64,000 bases of DNA, taken from positions 682,001-746,000 of the forward strand of contig MU004241.1 of the NCBI GenBank assembly GCA_010405405.1, read 5' to 3'. Under the pieces are notes generated by a model that searched no databases, was not told the origin of the DNA, and worked only from the letters and a program-made list of their open reading frames with translations. Position numbers and translations under genes: made by a program. This document shows positions 10,756 through 23,772 of this stretch, piece by piece (position 1 is the first letter of the stretch; each line of letters opens with the position of its first letter). Source of the stretch: Microthyrium microscopicum (lineage: Eukaryota).

Positions 10756-13569
10756 CTACTCTATGCGCTTGAAGATCGCGGGTGCTGCTGGACCAGGCCC
10801 ACCAATAGGTGGAGGTGGTGCACGAGGGCTCGTGCCATCATCTGTTGGACTAGGAGGTTCTGGCGGGCCAGGTAAATCGCCACCAGGTGGTGTTCCGCCA
10901 AAGTACTTGTGAAACTCGCCTTTGTCGTCGAATGGTCTGGGACCAAGGATGCGAATCAAGTCGTCGCGTGTAAGAACTTCCTTCTTAAGTAATTCCTCGG
11001 CGATCAGACCGACTTCATTTTTCTTCTCGGTGAGCATGTCTTTGCATTGCGTATAAGCTTCTTCAACGATGCGACGAACTTCAGAGTCGATGTTTTTGGC
11101 GGTTTCTTCGGAGAAGGGTTTAGTGAAGCTCTACAAATTGTGATTAGTAGTTGACCAAAAATAGTAGGAAAATTGTACCTGTTGCTGGTCATCGTCGAAG
11201 CTAAGATAGCCGATTTTGCGGGACATGCCGAAACGAGTTACCATGGCGGTTGCCATTTGTGTCACCTTCTTGAAGTCGTCACTTGCGCCTGAGGTGACAG
11301 TGTCAAAGTGCAGTTCTTCAGATACGCGGCCTCCAAGCGTCATAGCCATGCGGTCCATGAGCTGGTGTGCGTTCATAAGGTAAGTATCGCCATTGGCAGG
11401 GAGATATTGAGCGTATCCAAGTGCGCCTTGGCCACGAGGAATGATGGAAACTTTGAGGAGGGGATCGGCATATTTGAAATACCAACCACAGATAGCATGA
11501 CCAGCTTCGTGGTAGGCAACGGTTCGTTTCTCTTCAGGAGAGAGAAGTAATGACTTGCGCTCGAGACCGCCGATAACGCGCTCGATAGCCTTTTCAAAAT
11601 GAATGAGTGCTACGCTATTAGCCTTTTCTCGAGCAGCGATAAGGGCAGCTTCATTGACGCAATTGGCAATATCTGCTCCAGAAAAGCCGGGGGTTAGTGA
11701 AGCAAGGCGACCCTTGAGATGCTCCATATCCTCTTTGGTGACGATTTTCTTCAAGTGAACTTCAAAGATCTGCTTTCGGCCATCCATGGTGGGTTTGTCG
11801 ATGGTAATGTGGCGATCGAATCGACCAGGACGTAGCAAAGCCTTGTCCAATACGTCTATCCGGTTGGTACCAGCGATAACCACAACTTGTTCCGTGGTGT
11901 TGAAGCCATCCATCTCCGTCAAAATCTGGTTGAGAGTACTCTCGCGCTCATCGTTTCCTCCCGAGAAGTTTTTTGAGGATCTTGCTCTGCCAATGGCGTC
12001 AATCTCATCGATGAAAATAATACAAGGGGTGTTTTTTCTAGCCGTGGCAAATAAATCACGAACACGCGATGGACCTACACCAACAAACATTTCCACGAAC
12101 TCGGATCCACTGACGCTGAAGAAGGGCACGCCAGACTCTCCAGCAGTGGCTTTGGCGATCAAGGTTTTTCCGGTGCCTGGGGGACCTGATAATATCGCAC
12201 CACGAGGAATTTTTGCTCCCAGCTTTTGATAGATGCCAGGCTCCTTTAGGAAACTGACAAATTCCATGATTTCTTGTTTTGCCTCATCCATGCCGGCAAC
12301 ATCGGCGAACTTGACTTTGATTTCTGTCTCGTGATTGAAACGTTTGGCTCGACTTCGACCCATGCCAAAGATGCCGCTTTGTCCACCACCACGAGATGTC
12401 TGTCGTGTAAGGTAAATAAGACCACCTGTTATGATGAGCATAGGTGCAAAGCTGAGAAGTGCGGATGCCCAAGCAATATCTTCTTGATAGCCGACCGGTA
12501 TGCGCTCTGACGACGGTATGCCCATCTCTTTCTGTGCGTCCTCCATCTTGCGCTCAAAGGCCTCAACAGAACCAAGGTTAAAGTAGTAAAAGAAATTGGG
12601 ATGCACAGCTGGCGAATCAGGATAGACCGATGAGACTGCCTCGCGGTGTAGGAAAACTTTTGCTCGCGCTCCATTCATGACAACGATTTTTTCGACGAGA
12701 CCTTTATCCAAGAAGGTTGTTCGGAACTCTTGGAAGGTGATATCTTTCGAATTCTCTCCCGGCATAAACATGTTCCAGGTAAGATATGTGACGAAAGCGC
12801 TGGCAATAAAGGATGTTGCATCGAGTTTGATGGCTCCGGTAGACCAGCCTCCTTTCTGATCTTCACCTTTCCCATCGCCTTGACTTTTGCGCTCGTTCTT
12901 GCTTTGAGGTCCCGGGTTATGAGCTCCGCTCTTCTGTCTAGGTTCTTCAGTTGCCTTTGGACCCGGGGTTCCGTATACATCTTCCTCCGCAACCTCCTTG
13001 ATAGCTTGATTGACGACCTTTATTGCGTGACCCATGAGCTTGACACTTGATAATATGTCCAGCTTTCCACTTTGGAAATGATCAAGAATTTCTCGTGCTT
13101 CTGGCGGAACGCCTTTTCTACGTATTTGGGTAAGGATTTTCTCGAATTCTTCGGTTTGCTCTTCGGAAAGCCTTGCTTTACTTCTTTCTAGCATGGTTTC
13201 AATGATTTTCTCCTCCTTCTGATTGAGCTTGACCCATCCCGGGCGGAGTGAGCTGTCGTCCGCTGCATCGTCAGCGCCGACCTCCTCGGACTTGACTGTG
13301 TCATCTTGACTTGTCTCTTTGGCGCTCTTCTCTGCATCCTCCGATTCTTTCTTCTCTCCTGCTACCTGTCCATCTTTCTGTGATTTCGAGTTTTTTGGCG
13401 CGTTCGGATCGCCCGGAGGTATGCTTGCGTAGCCGCGGCCCCCTACAGGCACGAACGTCCTGGAATATGGAAGAGGTAAGCTTCGCGCAGAAGCGTTTCG
13501 CACTGAGGATTCAATCTGGCGCTGGGAAAGGCGGGCTATATTGCCAGAGCGGCGGAGAAAGGGTCTCAT
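10756..13569 (-). CDS. Mitochondrial m-AAA protease subunit (FtsH family, Yta12/Afg3-like)
   Basis: Arg-rich presequence, Walker A GPPGTGKT, Walker [27 protein letters not shown] zinc motif; intron about 11131-11178. Confidence 0.95.
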
Positions 13570-14025
13570 ATTCCCTGGGAGCAGGTGGTGGGTGTTGTGA
13601 GACCGTAGGATGTATTGAGAAGCTCCCGCGCGCTATGAGATTAGGCCATGAACATGGAAGTGAAGCTTATCTAGATGAATAGTACTGATTCGAAAAGAAA
13701 CGCTGAATTGATGGCAAAACAAAACGAGACATCAAGAACAGTTGGTGACGGCGTGACTAGGTTTTCGACTGCACTGTGCTCGGGCCGGTCTAGGTCTTGA
13801 CCCACGGCCCGAAAACTAGCCTCATGTCAAATGTTTGGCAGTCAATTAGTGTGAACAGTTCCAATCTCTCAACATGTTCAGTGTTTTCAAGGATTTATGG
13901 ATAGGTTTAAAGTCATAAGAATGTTTGGAGATCAAGCTAAATATTTATTGCATTTGTATAGCCACCATCCGTAGTCTTCAAGGAGCAGATGAATATCTAT
14001 CCAGAACTTCAAGCACAGCATCAAT

Positions 14026-15873
14026 CTAATCGCTGCTTTGCACCTTGGTCTTTCTACTACGCTTTCTCTTCTTAGGTTTCTGCTGAAGCTCTTGCATAGC
14101 ATTGTTTTGCTCCTCCTCGAGTTGTTTTTCCGCAGCAGTTGCGGCAAATATGGTGGTGGGGTCAGGTCCATCTTCTCTTCCAAAAGTTTCTTTGCGCCAA
14201 GATCGAAGGCGAGCTTTCTTGCTCAGCTTCTTCTTGTCTGTCTTCTTTCGCTCTGGGTCACGGAAAGCAGCAAGCTTCTTCAGTCCTGCATATTGATTCA
14301 AGTGTGAATCTTCTGCAGCAAGTATGTCTAATGTTGTGAGACCAAATGTGTTGGGCGATGTCTCTCGGTAGCGAAATGGTTCGGCCTCCTTTGAATTTAC
14401 GCCACCTACATCCAAGTTGGTGCTCTGCTCTGCCAGTGCCTCGATAACACGACGATCGCGACGGAGAGATGCCTTGGATTTGGCTTTCGGCTGAACGACT
14501 TCGGGCATGCCTTCGCTTTCGCCATTTTCGGCATCATCGTCTTTTTCTTCATCTGTCAGTTCGAACTTTTCCAAGGGATCGTCCTCTTCAAAATCGGACA
14601 CAATATCTTTGATATCAATATCATCATCCCATTTCGGTTTTTGCACTTTGGATGGTTGGTCAGCTTCAATATCTGACAAAGCTTCGGCTTGCTCGTAATA
14701 ATGCTCGCCAAATCGAGTTTCCATCTCTTCATTCCATTTGTCGTCGTCCCAATCAGCCTCTAACATATCGGCCCATTCTTCAACCGTCACGTCCTTCCCT
14801 CGAAGGCCAGCTGCTTCGCGGATTTTGTCCAGCTTCTCTTCCATCTGACGAACCTTCAAATTCTTCAATCTGTTTCTTTCTTCTTGTCTAAGAGCCTTCT
14901 CCTCTTCTTTTCTCTGTTTCTCTCGCTCACGGGCAGCCTTGCGCCCTGTCGCATCTTCGCGGCGAACACTATACTTTGCCACGACTTCACGGGAGTGGGT
15001 GGTGAGTACTTTGTTCGCAGTATCTGGGTCCTCGAATCTCAAGTTCCAGGCATGTTCAAACTTCTCGGCTTTTTCTTCCTCCTCTTCATCGTCAGAGTCC
15101 AGTGGAGCGTAACTGGCCTTGTCTGTGGGAACCCAAGCCCGAGATGCGAAAAAATTGGATAGAAAAGTGTCTGGATTGCGGTCTGCGGTAGCGGGATCTG
15201 GGATGGCTTGTTTTTCTGTCTTCCTTCTATCCATTTGTGATTGCTTCCTAACCATAAAATCGCCATCATCGTCAGATGCGACTTCGACGCCGTCTGTTGC
15301 CGCGTTGATCTCGTGTATAAGGTTTCGCTTTAGTGCTTCTTGCTCTTGAACGTAGGGCATTGACGGGTTGACGTCCTGTTTTGTTTTTCCCGCACTGTCT
15401 CCAAGCAAATTTTGGAGGTGATAGTCTCGAAGATACATCGGTGCATCCTTGTATTCTTTCTTTGGAGCGCTTGCGTCGTCGCGTTCGGTATAAAACTGAG
15501 TGTTTGTTGAGTAGATGCGTGGATCTTTGGAGCGAATTGCTGCCAAAGTTGCGGAGATTTCGGCATCGACCTCTTCGTCTACAAGTTCGCCAGCTTCGTC
15601 CTCATCTTCAGACTCGGAATCTTCCTCGTCGTCCTCCTCCTCATTGAAGTTGCCGTTTTTGCCATATTTTTTCTCGAGTCGATGTAGTTCAGCCCGTGAC
15701 TTGTTATGCTCGAAGCGGCGTGCGTAATCTTGATTGATCTGGAATTTTTCTTCGCCGGCAGAGCTGGAGTCTTCCTCATCGTCCAAGAGTTTCAGTCGCT
15801 TCTGTGGGCCACTAGAAGAGGAGGCATCATGGTGGTCGGACGATTTACGTTTGTACTGAATCTCAGCTGCCAT
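14026..15873 (-). CDS. KRI1: 40S ribosome biogenesis protein Kri1
   Basis: INQDYARRFEHNKSRAEL, IRSKDPRIY, FEHAWNLRFEDP, FRYRETSPNTFGLT..DIL and LNQYAGLKKLAAFR; intronless 615 aa. Confidence 0.93.
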   Translation of the reverse strand: MAAEIQYKRKSSDHHDASSSSGPQKRLKLLDDEEDSSSAGEEKFQINQDYARRFEHNKSRAELHRLEKKYGKNGNFNEEEDDEEDSESEDEDEAGELVDEEVDAEISATLAAIRSKDPRIYSTNTQFYTERDDASAPKKEYKDAPMYLRDYHLQNLLGDSAGKTKQDVNPSMPYVQEQEALKRNLIHEINAATDGVEVASDDDGDFMVRKQSQMDRRKTEKQAIPDPATADRNPDTFLSNFFASRAWVPTDKASYAPLDSDDEEEEEKAEKFEHAWNLRFEDPDTANKVLTTHSREVVAKYSVRREDATGRKAAREREKQRKEEEKALRQEERNRLKNLKVRQMEEKLDKIREAAGLRGKDVTVEEWADMLEADWDDDKWNEEMETRFGEHYYEQAEALSDIEADQPSKVQKPKWDDDIDIKDIVSDFEEDDPLEKFELTDEEKDDDAENGESEGMPEVVQPKAKSKASLRRDRRVIEALAEQSTNLDVGGVNSKEAEPFRYRETSPNTFGLTTLDILAAEDSHLNQYAGLKKLAAFRDPERKKTDKKKLSKKARLRSWRKETFGREDGPDPTTIFAATAAEKQLEEEQNNAMQELQQKPKKRKRSRKTKVQSSD

Positions 15874-16252
15874 GACTACAGTGGTGCAGATCTGAGTGCT
15901 CGAACGATGTGTAGAGAAATAAAAATCTGTGTATTGGCAGTTAGTGGTTGGAGGGGAACTTTTAGTTTTTTCGTCTGGCTAGGCTAGGATCATGGTCGCA
16001 AACCATTGGCGCTAGTCAGCGGGCAGGCGCAAGGCGTTAGGGGCGGCAATGGAGCCAATCATTCTGGCCAATGCATCATCCATCAGCCTCACTGCCTCTG
16101 CAACACCAAACAGCTGAAGATCAAGATCCATATAGCTGCCATTCTATATCTATCTCTTTGTCAATTCATCTTGTCTTCCTGCGAACAGTGGATATAATGC
16201 ATTCGCATACTTCCATCTAAGCACCGTTCTTTGGCCTCCGCTACCTCCTAAC

Positions 16253-19200
16253 ATGGCCAACGACGAGCTGCCTCAGCTCCCCAAGCTCACCCCGGTAGCA
16301 AACCCGCTGAATCTGGTGTATGACTCTCCTATCTCGTACAATTCACTTTTTTTGCTTACTTGGTATATAGACCCGTCAACTTGAAAGAAGCTGCGCTCGA
16401 TAGCCCTACTTTTCGTGCCACCACTGTCCATTTTGGCGAGCAGATCGATGCTGTTGAGAGGTGGCTGGATTCATACACCAAAGCCGCCAGTCGTCTCGCT
16501 AATGAAGTGACCTCTATCGAAAATCTGGTGAACAACTACCTTTCATGCGCCCTACCTCCTCAAGCCATCTCCGAGGCTGCCCTCGACCAAGACTATACTG
16601 TTCTAGCTTTACGAAGATACAACGATGGTGCACGCGAGTTCTGGACCGCGACCATCAAATGGATGAAGAAGGTGGAGAGCAGTGTGGTTAATCCTATCAA
16701 ACTCTTTCTCCATCACGATTTAGCGTCTCTGAAAGCCTTGCGCCGCAATCTGGACCAGGCCCAGAGGACATTCGATGCTTCAATTTCGCGATACGCGTCC
16801 CAGTCCAAGACAAAAGAGACATCCTCATTGAGAGAAGATGCTTTTCAGGTTCACGAAGCGCGCCGCGCCTATCTCAAAGCATCATTGGACTTTTGCGTTG
16901 CCGCGCCCCAAGTTCGAGCTTCCTTAGATAAGCTACTTGTCAAGATCTTTTCGGATAGATGGCGAGACATGAAAAATTCCCGGGATGCATTATCTAGCTC
17001 CTTTTCACGGTGGACAACCGACATCGAAAGAGTTCGAGGGTGGAGTAAAGAAATGGAGAATTACGAAAGGGTTTTTGCACAAGAACTTCAAGTGGCTCGT
17101 AGGCAAATTGAGGAGAGCGCCGAGTCTAGTTTCAAGCCATCTCGAGACCTGGATTCTTATACCGCTTCAACAGTACCATTCGCCAGCAACTCGACTGGAC
17201 CACTGGGCTCGCCAAAGAAAGTACCTAACAACGTGTCTGAAAAGCAAGGATGGTTGTTTCAGCGAACGCTTGTGGGAAAACCAGCTCGAACACTCTGGGT
17301 ACGCCGATGGTTCTATGTCAAAAATGGAGTCTTTGGTTGGCTTGCTCAAAGCGCCCGCTTCTCGTCAGTCGAAGAGTCGGAGAAAATTGGTGTTCTGCTC
17401 TGTGGTGTTCGACCTGCGATGCAAGAAGAAAGAAGGTTTTGTTTTGAGGTCAAAACGAAAGACTCGACTTTGATATTACAAGCCGAGACTCAGAATGAAC
17501 TTATGGACTGGATTGCTGCCTTTGAGGTAGTCAAACGAAAAGCACTAGAAAACCCAACCGGTGCATCGCTTTCTGCTGCAATGTCAGGTGCTCCATTTGC
17601 AATTACTCCACCAGTAGCTCCAGAGTTTGCTGTCAGAGTATCTGAGCACCACCAAGAGGAAAGTATTGAGCGAGCAAACACGATGGCACCAGATGCGCCA
17701 AGTACCGCTCGCCAAAGTACAGATGTCAGGAGAGTAACTGAGCGAGATGCTGAATCCAAAACCGAAAAGCTCAAACAAACCTTGCGAAAAGGAACCTCTG
17801 GACCTCCAAGCGCTCCTGGCGGCATTGGCGGTATCGCAAGCTTGATAGCAGCAAGCCACCAGGCCATGCCCATTGCTCCAATGACTCCACCTACTCCAGT
17901 ATCTACCACTTCGGACTTTAAGAAATTGTTCAACTCGACGATTCCTAATACGAGTCTAGCCCCTTCAACATTGGCGAACCCTCCCGCTCCCACAACTCTA
18001 AGCAAGTCTGCTATCATTGTTGGTGCCGAACGTGGGTTGGCCCTTTCTGGGTCTGGAGATGGCGGAATTCCAGGTGGGCTTATGGCCAATCTTTGGGGCA
18101 GCACAAACTGGGGATATATCAATAGACTGGAAAAGTCTGGTCTTCGGAAACCCATCAAAGCTGCCAGTCGAGTTCCATCTCGATCTACCACTCCTCCCTT
18201 ACAATTGGAAGGAATCAAACAAGAGACTGGTGTTGGAGGTGCAGTGGACGCGAAAGATATGTTCCCACATCTAGAGCATGCGCCAACTGCACCTATGCCC
18301 AGCACAAGTTTTCATCGTAAAAGCGCGAGCGCATCTCCGGATCCGGTATCTCTCAAGGCTGCAATGAGTGGTGATAATTATCCATCCTATTACCCTGCGT
18401 CTCTCAAACTTCAGGACATTCAGTTCCGTATGTTGTTCCCAAATCTTAAGCAAGACGACAAGCTCGTCTTGGTCTTTAGAGCGACATGGAATCCAAGTGA
18501 CCAGCAAGAATTTCCAGGGCGTGTTTATGTCACGCCAAAAGAGCTGTTCTTCTTCAGTAATCATTTAGGCATGGTCCTCATCACCGGTGTCCGTCTAGAT
18601 TCTATATCCGAGATTACAGCAGCACCAGGGAAAGATTGCGACTTTTTATTCATACATCTTAGGGATGGAGTTACCTCTGATGGGTCAACCAGAATAGCAG
18701 TCAAAATTTTCCTTGAATCGCTCAAGCTCTTGCGCCGGCGCCTTGATTTCTTGGTTCATAACGAACAAAGCGATGAGCCTTTACCATTGCAAGAAATCAT
18801 CAAAGTATTGATCAAAATGGAAGTCACAGAGGGTGACGAAAGTCCCATGGGCGAGAGCTGGGAAGATATATCTGCGGAAGTCGGCATGGATGAGTCAACC
18901 CCTCGAAAAGGTCAAGATGTAAAGACCAGTCTTCATATTGATGGTTCGCTCTTTTCAGATCCTGCAAAACGCGTCCACCGAAACGCAACGAAATTTCGAC
19001 TCCCGGCACATCCTGTTGAGTTTACACCTCAAGGGTTCAAATTCCCGATTATCGAAAAACAGTATGATGTTACTGCGAAATCTCTATTTCATGTTCTTGC
19101 CGGCGACAAGAGCGCCGTGTTCCAGATTCTTTACTGTCAGCGCGGAGCACAAAAACTCGTCCAAGGACCATGGGAGCAGCCTGATGAGAATCATCATCGA

Positions 19201-20442
19201 CGCCAGATCAAATATGAGATCCAGAACTCAAAGAAACACTTTGAAGTGTCTGATTACCAAGTAATTGATGTGCTTAATGACCATCTTTGCTATGTGATCA
19301 CAGAGCGGAAGACAGCTTGGTTCTTGCCAAAGTCAAATTACTTTACGCTTGTGTTGAAGATTGTTATTACACATGTTGCCAAGTCTCACTGTAGACTATC
19401 GATCTTTGGCAGAGTAGAGTGGTCAAAGACACCGCTCCTCGGAACTAGTAAGCCTAACTATTCTTAGATTTTGGGCATAAACTCACATATTATAGGTCTC
19501 ATTGATCATCAAGCTAACTCCTACTTACAATCATATTCAACTAGCCTGTCTGAAATTGCAACAGATCAAGCTTCCCGTTTAGGGGTTCAAGGTAGTACCA
19601 GCGCCCGTAAAGCCATTGCCGTCTTTGGTTCCATCGGGCAACAAACTCAGAGCATGGAGCTTCTGGCTTCAGACCTCGCACCCGCAGACCTCAAAGGGTC
19701 CAAGCGAATGCGATACCGCTCACTACCTCGTCTCATTCTATATGCTGCCCGACGCATGGCCATCACATATTCCTTCGTTTTACTTGGCTGGATCATCCAG
19801 TTGGTCAAATGGGGTTTCGAGACCATTACGGCCAATCGAGTCCTATTCCTCATCCTGATAGGTAGTATAACCACGAATATGTTCTATTCCAGTCGCGACA
19901 CGTGGACTTGGTGGCAGGAACGCAAGGCTGGGCAGTATATGTCACGCCTTGGTGTACGACCCAACGCTGCCATGACACGATCCATCTGGATCAAAGATCT
20001 AGACCAAGTCATCTCCATGACACAGGTGGACGGCGTCAACATCACAGTCTCCAGTGGTGATGCTGGCGCCTGTCGATCAGCATTTTCGAGTATTGTAACA
20101 GAAGCGGACCCGACAACCAGTTCCCTGGTGCCACAAAACCAGACGATTGCACGCTCAACACGAAGTATGTTGGCTCGAATTACCAAGACACGGCATAACT
20201 TTGGCTCGTACCGCCATGATCTACTGGTGGCGTTGCGGATGGTGGGCTCGGTGGAGCGGGAGATGTTGCAAGCTGAGTGGGAAAATTGGGTGATGAGTGA
20301 GAGCAACCGCTGTCGACAGGTGGAGACGCTGCTACATACAGCAGGGCGCAACGATACTCAGAAGCTGAGGTCGTGGTGGGAGCAGTATTGTATGAGTTGT
20401 ATTGGAGCGCTGAGCGAGATTCAAGGTGGACGAACAAGATGA
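16253..20442 (+). CDS. Sip3/Lam1-like membrane contact site protein (BAR-PH-GRAM-like-VASt/StART-like, C-terminal TM)
   Basis: PVNLKEAALDSPTFRA (BAR), EKQGWLF..WVRRWFYV..ERRFCFEV (PH), QEFPGRVYVT. Introns 16318-16370 and about 19448-19496. Confidence 0.88.
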
Positions 20443-21200
20443 GATATGAGGACATGTATACTATGTACTACTGTGTGCTGATCAGAGAATGAGGTGCATT
20501 GATACCCGGACACATATTATTATTGACGTAAGTAATTAAATGATTGGATTGTTATAATCATGTATCCGATGGTGTCTTACATTTGTGGCTAACATTGGCT
20601 TTAGTCTTTGAAGACACGATTTATACCATGGAGTAGTAGAAGAGATATCCACGCCATAGTGATGCTCCGGCTTTATATCAACTTTGGGATTTTGTTTAAG
20701 CTCTACCATTTGACTGACACGAGCCTGGTCGCACTTAAAAGCAAGTGTGTCGAATTCTGAGTCGCTCCTGCCTCCTCTTCTCTCGTTCCTTCCACAAACA
20801 GTAAGCCCGATCTCTAAGGTCGTGGTTGCCAAATCCGGATTGAAGCCCACCTCTCCATCAAGATGCCTTCCAATCTCAAGCTGGTACTCTACTCCAGCTA
20901 CCTATCTTTGCAAGCTTCAGACTACTAGTAGCTGCCGTACATGCATGTATCAAGTGACCTAACCTCAACCTTGGAAACTACTCTACTCTACACCACGATA
21001 GGCGCAACCAATACACGACTGTTGCTGTCGACAAGTACTCTACTTCAACACCAACGCCTGCATTCATCACCACATCACCGACAAACCGTCTTTTCGACAT
21101 CTTGATCTATCCTCTTCAACCTACTTCTCACCTCTTGTCTTGAAAGAGCTTCATTGACACCTCATACCTCAGTTCAAGCATTGTTGTACTGACCAACACC

Positions 21201-22916
21201 ATGCCCGGCATCAACGGCATCTACGTTGAGCTTCAATGCCAGCAAAACCTCAGCAGCGGAGGCCCAATCGAAGAATTTGCTCCTCGAGAGCGCTCTTCAA
21301 CCGACCCCCCAGAACTCTTCATGCCAACCCTCTATGACCGCGACACACGCGCAGTCAGCGTCTTCATTCCCATTTTCCCTAAAGCTCAGTTCTTCATTCG
21401 TTACCAAGCACGAGCACCCCGCCGTACTCCACCTGGCAAAAATGGTCGCAGAGACAGTGCCACTGAAGAGACTCATTTTGACGAGAATCTCTTCTACGTT
21501 TACAAATTATTCATTGGCACCACCGAGGTCACCACGTGGTCGAGTGTTGCCAACGACGAGTTTCAGGGGCACGTTAGCTTTGCATTGTTTGACACCAGCT
21601 ATCCAGAAATTCATTCTTGTGGTGTTGGCATGCAAAAGCGTGTGTTTGGGTACGAGAGTGGCTATGGTGATTTACGTGTTACTGGTGACTTGACCTCAGA
21701 CAAGGATGAGGATCGCAAGATTGAGATTCGGGTGTATCGCGCGGATCAGCAGATGAGAGTTCCCAAGAACCCAGGAGAATATAATGGACAGGGAATGATG
21801 TCGGAAGTTGGGTGAGTTTTGTGACCTTAGAAGCCATGCCAGACCATAAGGCTAACAACACAGTAGAACACCTTCTGGAGGATTGGTGAATGATGCCCAT
21901 AAGAAGAAATATTATGCATTTGGATTATTGGATCCGCTGAACAAGCCATATAGCACGTTCCGTTTCTACTACAGATCCTGGGGTAAGTGATATGTTGTAA
22001 ACTGAACTGATGCCGGGACTAACAATTGGCAGAAGAGATCCATAATCTGACACTACGTTATGGTGAAGCCAAAGACAAAGAGTCGGCTGCTATTTTCGAG
22101 GCTCCCACAATTCAGTTCACCAAGGATCAAGCAAGAAAAACAATCAAAGTCAACCTTCTTTCGAATGGTGCGATACCACAACTTCATTCTACACCGGCGT
22201 CGAATGACGATGTATCACAGCACAATCACTTTTCATTGAAGAACAATTTTACGGCTCCACCCAATGGTAGAAGATCACCAATGGCAAGACATCGAGCATC
22301 TCAAGCTCAAGCTCAGCGTCAAGTTAATGGACAGCAGCAAGCTCAGCAACAAGGGCAACATCATCCACAGCAACAGCTACAACACACATATCAGACACAA
22401 GAGCAGCTTCGAGCCCAGATGTATCAGCAATCTCAGCAGGGACAGCGGAATCAACGACAAGGAGTCAATCAGTCACAACAGCATATCCAGGTGGGACAGC
22501 CCCGTTGGGTAGCTGCGCCTACGCTTAGATATGATGCTACAACTGGCCAAATGATGCAGGCGAACGCATCTGTCAGCTCCAACCCGGCTCCTGCAATAGC
22601 AACGGCAGGTCTTCGTGGAGGGAGTATCGTAAGCGATCGACGCTTGAGTTGTGAAACTTCTGCGTCCTCATTTGCCAACAATCAGTACTCGGAGGCCGAT
22701 CGTAGATTCAGTGCAGATGGCAGTAGACCATATCAGCAGCATCAACCACGAGTCTCATCTCAGCTCAGGCATAATAGTGTCCAGGTATCTCCAGCGTTGT
22801 TACTTCCACCTGCTCATCCACACGCACAGCGACTGGCACCACCACCTGCAACGCATGACTGGAATGCATGGCCCGCAACGCCATCACCAACGAAACAATC
22901 GACTCGTGCTTGGTAG
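21201..22916 (+). CDS. Fungal hypothetical protein with an N-terminal beta-rich domain and a Gln-rich low-complexity C-terminus
   Basis: caccATG start; ORFs joined by introns about 21812-21866 and 21983-22032; KIEIRVYRA and PYSTFRFYYRSW segments. Confidence 0.75.
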
Positions 22917-23746
22917 TTGAGTCACATTCCGGGTGGGAAGATGCTCTTCTCGACGAATGAGTACTGATGTCAAATTCATTTCAGCAAAGTGGAAGGACTT
23001 TGGGTAGGTCAATTGCTTAAGGCGTGTACCGATGTAATTAGTTCTTCAGGATATGGCGTATCTGTAATAGAAGCCGCCCATTCTGTCACTGCCAGTACTA
23101 TAAACTTCATATCGATCAAACGGGCTGAATATGAGATGTACACGGTCATGATGGCAAAGCAATAAATATCGCAAGATCTCGTAAATATGAGTCGCTTTCC
23201 ATCTTCTCCAGGCGCCGATTATCTTCGTCCTTCAGAACCTCGACTATGAAGTCTGAAAACCACCTAAATGGGCATTTGTTTGATAAAGGATATAAGCCAC
23301 AACCAGGACAAAACGAGATCCGAACTAAATACCGATTACCGTTCTTAAGAAGCCCGATCAACCGTTCCATCAGGATTCAGGAGGCACTTGGCGCGCCTTA
23401 TTTTCTCCGCCCAAAACCCAGCAGATAGGTTCAAGGCGTTCAAGAACCTTTTGCTCGCGAACAATTTTCAACAATTCTTCTGTTTCCATCATTCGCGATC
23501 GTATATTCAACTTCGTCCGTAGTATGCATAAATCGCCTCGTATACTAGGAGGATGTCTCTACAGTAGGAAAGCTTACTCAAACACCCGAATACGACAAAA
23601 GACCAGAAATAGAACACGTTCAATGACACGACAAACTAGTCTGGTCCTACAGAAGTCTTGAGGAAGTCCTACAAGTGCCATCAAGGAAGCTCTTCATTCA
23701 TTTCGTGACTCCCGCATTTCCGCCCGCGAAACTACACGCATTTCTG

Positions 23747-23772
23747 TGTGCGAGTGTGCGCACACTCGCACA
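23747..23772. repeat. Perfect 26-bp palindrome TGTGCGAGTGTGCGCACACTCGCACA
   Basis: Read directly from sequence; self-complementary with no spacer. Confidence 0.95.

Noticed and set aside
17490..18305. 271-aa antisense ORF inside the Sip3-like gene, and similar shadow ORFs in the AAA, C2 and MFS genes
   Set aside because: Explained by codon bias on the opposite coding strand; no independent motifs.
23146..23500. Protein-like minus-strand fragments (METEELLKIVREQKVLERL.., MERLIGLL..)
   Set aside because: Interrupted by a stop and a frame change, with no recognisable family. Could be a relic but is unsupported.
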